A program made the position numbers and the translations under genes. From the NCBI GenBank assembly GCA_964465245.1, contig CAYXHQ010000057.1:1-6600 (forward strand): 6,600 nt of DNA, written 5' to 3'. The stretch is from an uncultured Muribaculaceae bacterium. Lineage in GTDB: Bacteria; Bacillota_I; Bacilli_A; RF39; UBA660. Shown piece after piece: positions 4,326-6,600 of the stretch. Under the pieces are notes generated by a model, which had not been told where the DNA came from, did not search any database, and worked only from the letters and a program-made list of their open reading frames with translations. Positions within the stretch are counted from its first letter, which is position 1. Every line of letters starts with the position of its first letter.

Positions 4326-5633
4326 ATGTTTGAGAATTTAAGTGATAAGTTAAGTGGAATACTTAGTAAAGTTAAAGGGTATGGTGTAATTACTGAGGAA
4401 AATATTAGTGAAAGTTTAAGAGAGATTAGACTTTGTTTATTAGGCGCGGACGTTAACTATACTATTGTTAAAGAGTTTGTTGAGAATATTAAAAATAAAG
4501 CTTTGGGAGAAGAAGTTAAAAAAAGTTTAAGACCTGGAGACTTATTTGTTAAAATTGTTAAAGATGAACTTGTTAGTTTGCTTGGAGGTGACTCTAGTCC
4601 TTTAGAAGTAACTAAGAAACCCACCATTGTTATGCTTGCTGGTCTTCAAGGAAGTGGCAAAACTACTACTATTGGTAAACTTGGTGCGATGGTTCGCAAG
4701 AAACATTATAAGAAACCAATCTTTATTGCATGTGATATTTATAGACCAGCTGCGGTGAACCAACTTAAAGATATTGGTAGAAGTCTAGATATTGAAGTAT
4801 ACTCAGAAGACTCTAAAGACGCAGTGCAAATTGCTAAGAATGGAGTGGAGTACGCTAAAAACAATGGATTTGATTATATACTAATAGATACTGCTGGTAG
4901 ACTTCAAATAGATGATACTCTTATGCGAGAGTTAGTAGATATAGAAAGTAGTGTAAGTATAAATGAAACATTACTTGTAATAGATGCAACTATGGGACAA
5001 GATGCAATTAATGTTATAAATGGATTTAATGATAAAATTAAACTTACTGGGTGTATTTTAACAAAGATGGACGGGGACACTAAAGGTGGAGTTGCTTTGT
5101 CTCTACGCTATTTAACACATGTTCCAATTAAGTTTATAGGTGACTCTGAAAAATTAGATGGATTAAGTGAATTTGATCCTACTAGAATGGCATCAAGAAT
5201 AATAGGAGAGGGTGACTTAATGTCTATTATAGAAAAAACTGAATCTGTAATAGATATGGATGAAGCAGCAAAAACAGCTAAAAACTTTGAAAAAGGAAAA
5301 TTTGATTTAGAAGACTTTTTAATTACTATGAAGCAAATAAAGAAAATGGGACCACTTGAGAATTTGTTAAAAATGGTTCCTGGTGCTTCTAAGATGGGTT
5401 TAAACAATGTAAACATAGACCCAAAAATGATGGCGAGAACTGAAGCAATAGTTTTATCAATGACACCATATGAAAGAAGAAACCCTAATGTTTTAAAAGC
5501 TACTAGAAAGATAAGAATATCTGCGGGTTCTGGTGCCTCTGTTGAAGAAGTTAATAGATTACTTAAGCAATTTGAAATGATGCAAGGTATGATGAAAAAA
5601 GTTAAATCTGGTAATTTTAAGATGCCTTTTTAA
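4326..5633 (+). CDS. ffh: Signal recognition particle protein Ffh (SRP54)
   Basis: A 435-aa ORF with an aaggtga RBS. It has an N domain, GTPase motifs GLQGSGKTTT, DTAGR and TKMDGD, and a Met-rich M domain (LENLLKMVPG..., FEMMQGMMKK). Confidence 0.97.
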   Translation: MFENLSDKLSGILSKVKGYGVITEENISESLREIRLCLLGADVNYTIVKEFVENIKNKALGEEVKKSLRPGDLFVKIVKDELVSLLGGDSSPLEVTKKPTIVMLAGLQGSGKTTTIGKLGAMVRKKHYKKPIFIACDIYRPAAVNQLKDIGRSLDIEVYSEDSKDAVQIAKNGVEYAKNNGFDYILIDTAGRLQIDDTLMRELVDIESSVSINETLLVIDATMGQDAINVINGFNDKIKLTGCILTKMDGDTKGGVALSLRYLTHVPIKFIGDSEKLDGLSEFDPTRMASRIIGEGDLMSIIEKTESVIDMDEAAKTAKNFEKGKFDLEDFLITMKQIKKMGPLENLLKMVPGASKMGLNNVNIDPKMMARTEAIVLSMTPYERRNPNVLKATRKIRISAGSGASVEEVNRLLKQFEMMQGMMKKVKSGNFKMPF

Positions 5634-5707
5634 AAAATAATTAAAAAACTTTCATTAAAAAAAAGCGTTTTAAGGAAAAAATGGCGATAATATATATAGA
5701 GGGATAT

Positions 5708-5739
5708 AAAGAAACTCGAAAAAAGTTTCTTTTTATTTT
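5708..5739 (+). terminator. Probable rho-independent terminator downstream of ffh
   Basis: A 9-bp stem aaagaaact (5708-5716) / agtttcttt (5724-5732) with a 7-nt loop is followed by ttatttt. The stem is AT-rich and therefore weak. Confidence 0.5.
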
Positions 5740-5760
5740 GAAAGAAAGGAATCGTTATTT

Positions 5761-6600
5761 ATGGAAAATTTAAAATCAAAAAATTTTAGTGAAAGCATAT
5801 TTGATAATATTAAGCATATCGATGAGTATGGAAATGAGTATTGGTCTGCAAGAGAATTGCAAAAAGTGTTGGAGTATGCTCAATGGAGAAGGTTTGAGAG
5901 TGTTATCAATCGAGCAAAAGAAGCGTGTACGAATAGTAAAAATACTAAAATTGACCATTTTGCCAAGGTTGGCAAAATGGTTCAAATAGGTTCAAATGCT
6001 AAAAAGGAAATTATAGACTATAATTTGTCAAGATATGCATGCTATCTTATTGTGCAAAATGGAGACCCAAAAAAAGATGTAATAGCTTTAGGACAAACTT
6101 ACTTTGCTATTCAAACAAGACGTCAAGAATTGAATGAAATGGAATATAAGAGTTTATCAGAAGATGAAAAAAGATTATATAGAAGAAAGCAAACAAAAGA
6201 CGGAAATAAAATATTATACTCTACTGCTTTAAAAAAAGGGGTAAAAAACTTTGATAAGTTTACTAATTATGGATATAAGGGACTGTATGGTGGTGAGACT
6301 GCTGCAGATATAGCGAAAAGAAAAAAACTTAGATATAGAGAAGACATTCTTGATAATATGGGAAGTACAGAATTAGGTGCTAATATATTTAGAATTACGC
6401 AAACTGAAGAACTATTAAAAACACAAAAAGAAATAAGTGAGAAGATTTCAAATGATACACATTATAAAGTTGGAACTGCTATAAGAAATACAATAAAAAA
6501 GTTAGGCGGTACTATGCCAGAAAAGTTACCTACGCCAAATAAAAGTATAAAAGAATTAGAAAAAGTAAGAACTAACAATAAAATTATAAAAAATAAATAA
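5761..6600 (+). CDS. dinD: DNA-damage-inducible protein D (DinD) family protein
   Basis: A 279-aa ORF with an aaagga RBS. EYWSARELQKVLEYAQWRRFESVINRAKEAC...DHF...IGSNAKKEIIDYNLSRYACYLIVQNGDPKKDVIALGQTYFAIQTRRQE matches the conserved DinD N-terminal pattern. The stop TAA falls at 6598-6600. Confidence 0.8.
   Translation: MENLKSKNFSESIFDNIKHIDEYGNEYWSARELQKVLEYAQWRRFESVINRAKEACTNSKNTKIDHFAKVGKMVQIGSNAKKEIIDYNLSRYACYLIVQNGDPKKDVIALGQTYFAIQTRRQELNEMEYKSLSEDEKRLYRRKQTKDGNKILYSTALKKGVKNFDKFTNYGYKGLYGGETAADIAKRKKLRYREDILDNMGSTELGANIFRITQTEELLKTQKEISEKISNDTHYKVGTAIRNTIKKLGGTMPEKLPTPNKSIKELEKVRTNNKIIKNK

Noticed and set aside
5108-5416. The - strand 102-aa ORF inside ffh
   Set aside because: It lies antisense to the highly conserved ffh G/M domains, and nothing supports it independently.
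5708-5732. Possible LexA/Cheo-type SOS box upstream of dinD (gaaac-N9-gtttc)
   Set aside because: The spacing and half-sites do not fit GAAC-N4-GTTC or CTGT-N8-ACAG. The palindrome is better explained as the ffh terminator stem.
5776-5989. Two short ORFs (- strand 5776-5985 and + strand 5789-5989) overlapping the dinD 5' region
   Set aside because: They overlap the conserved DinD N-terminal domain in other frames and have no motifs.
1-6600. Alternative genetic code (TGA read as Trp, as in Mollicutes), considered because of the extreme AT content
   Set aside because: All conserved proteins (Ffh, DinD, RT) are intact under the standard code and Trp is encoded by TGG throughout. No in-frame TGA needs recoding.

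Overview
This is a very AT-rich bacterial window, and all credible genes are on the + strand. The left two-thirds (about 201-4276) is a complete diversity-generating retroelement (DGR). It starts with a Cys-rich, signal-peptide-bearing target protein (251-1858). The last ~90 nt of that protein's C-terminal domain form the variable region (VR, 1686-1777). The VR is an adenine-mutagenised copy of a template repeat (TR, 3058-3146). The TR lies between an Avd-like four-helix-bundle gene (2699-3052) and a DGR-type reverse transcriptase (3341-4276, with IGNMSSQ and YQDD motifs). All 17-19 TR/VR substitutions fall on TR adenines, none fall on C/G/T, and 13 of 29 TR codons are AAY. Two tandem, translationally coupled, paralogous ~130-aa ORFs (1913-2706) sit between the target gene and avd. 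They look like stand-alone copies of the MutS N-terminal mismatch-binding domain, an uncommon and functionally uncharacterised DGR accessory. Other unusual points:
- A G7 tract inside the 17-nt spacer of a near-consensus promoter for the target gene, which may add phase variation on top of hypermutation.
- Direct repeats phased 23 bp apart upstream of that promoter.
- A one-codon TR/VR length difference in an AAC run.
- An internal domain duplication in the target protein, of which only the C-terminal copy is diversified.
- A long hairpin that sequesters the RT ribosome-binding site.

The right third holds housekeeping ffh (4326-5633) and a DinD-family gene (5761-6600). No rRNA, tRNA, CRISPR array or transposase was seen. 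All homology statements come from motif recognition by eye, and no database search was possible.
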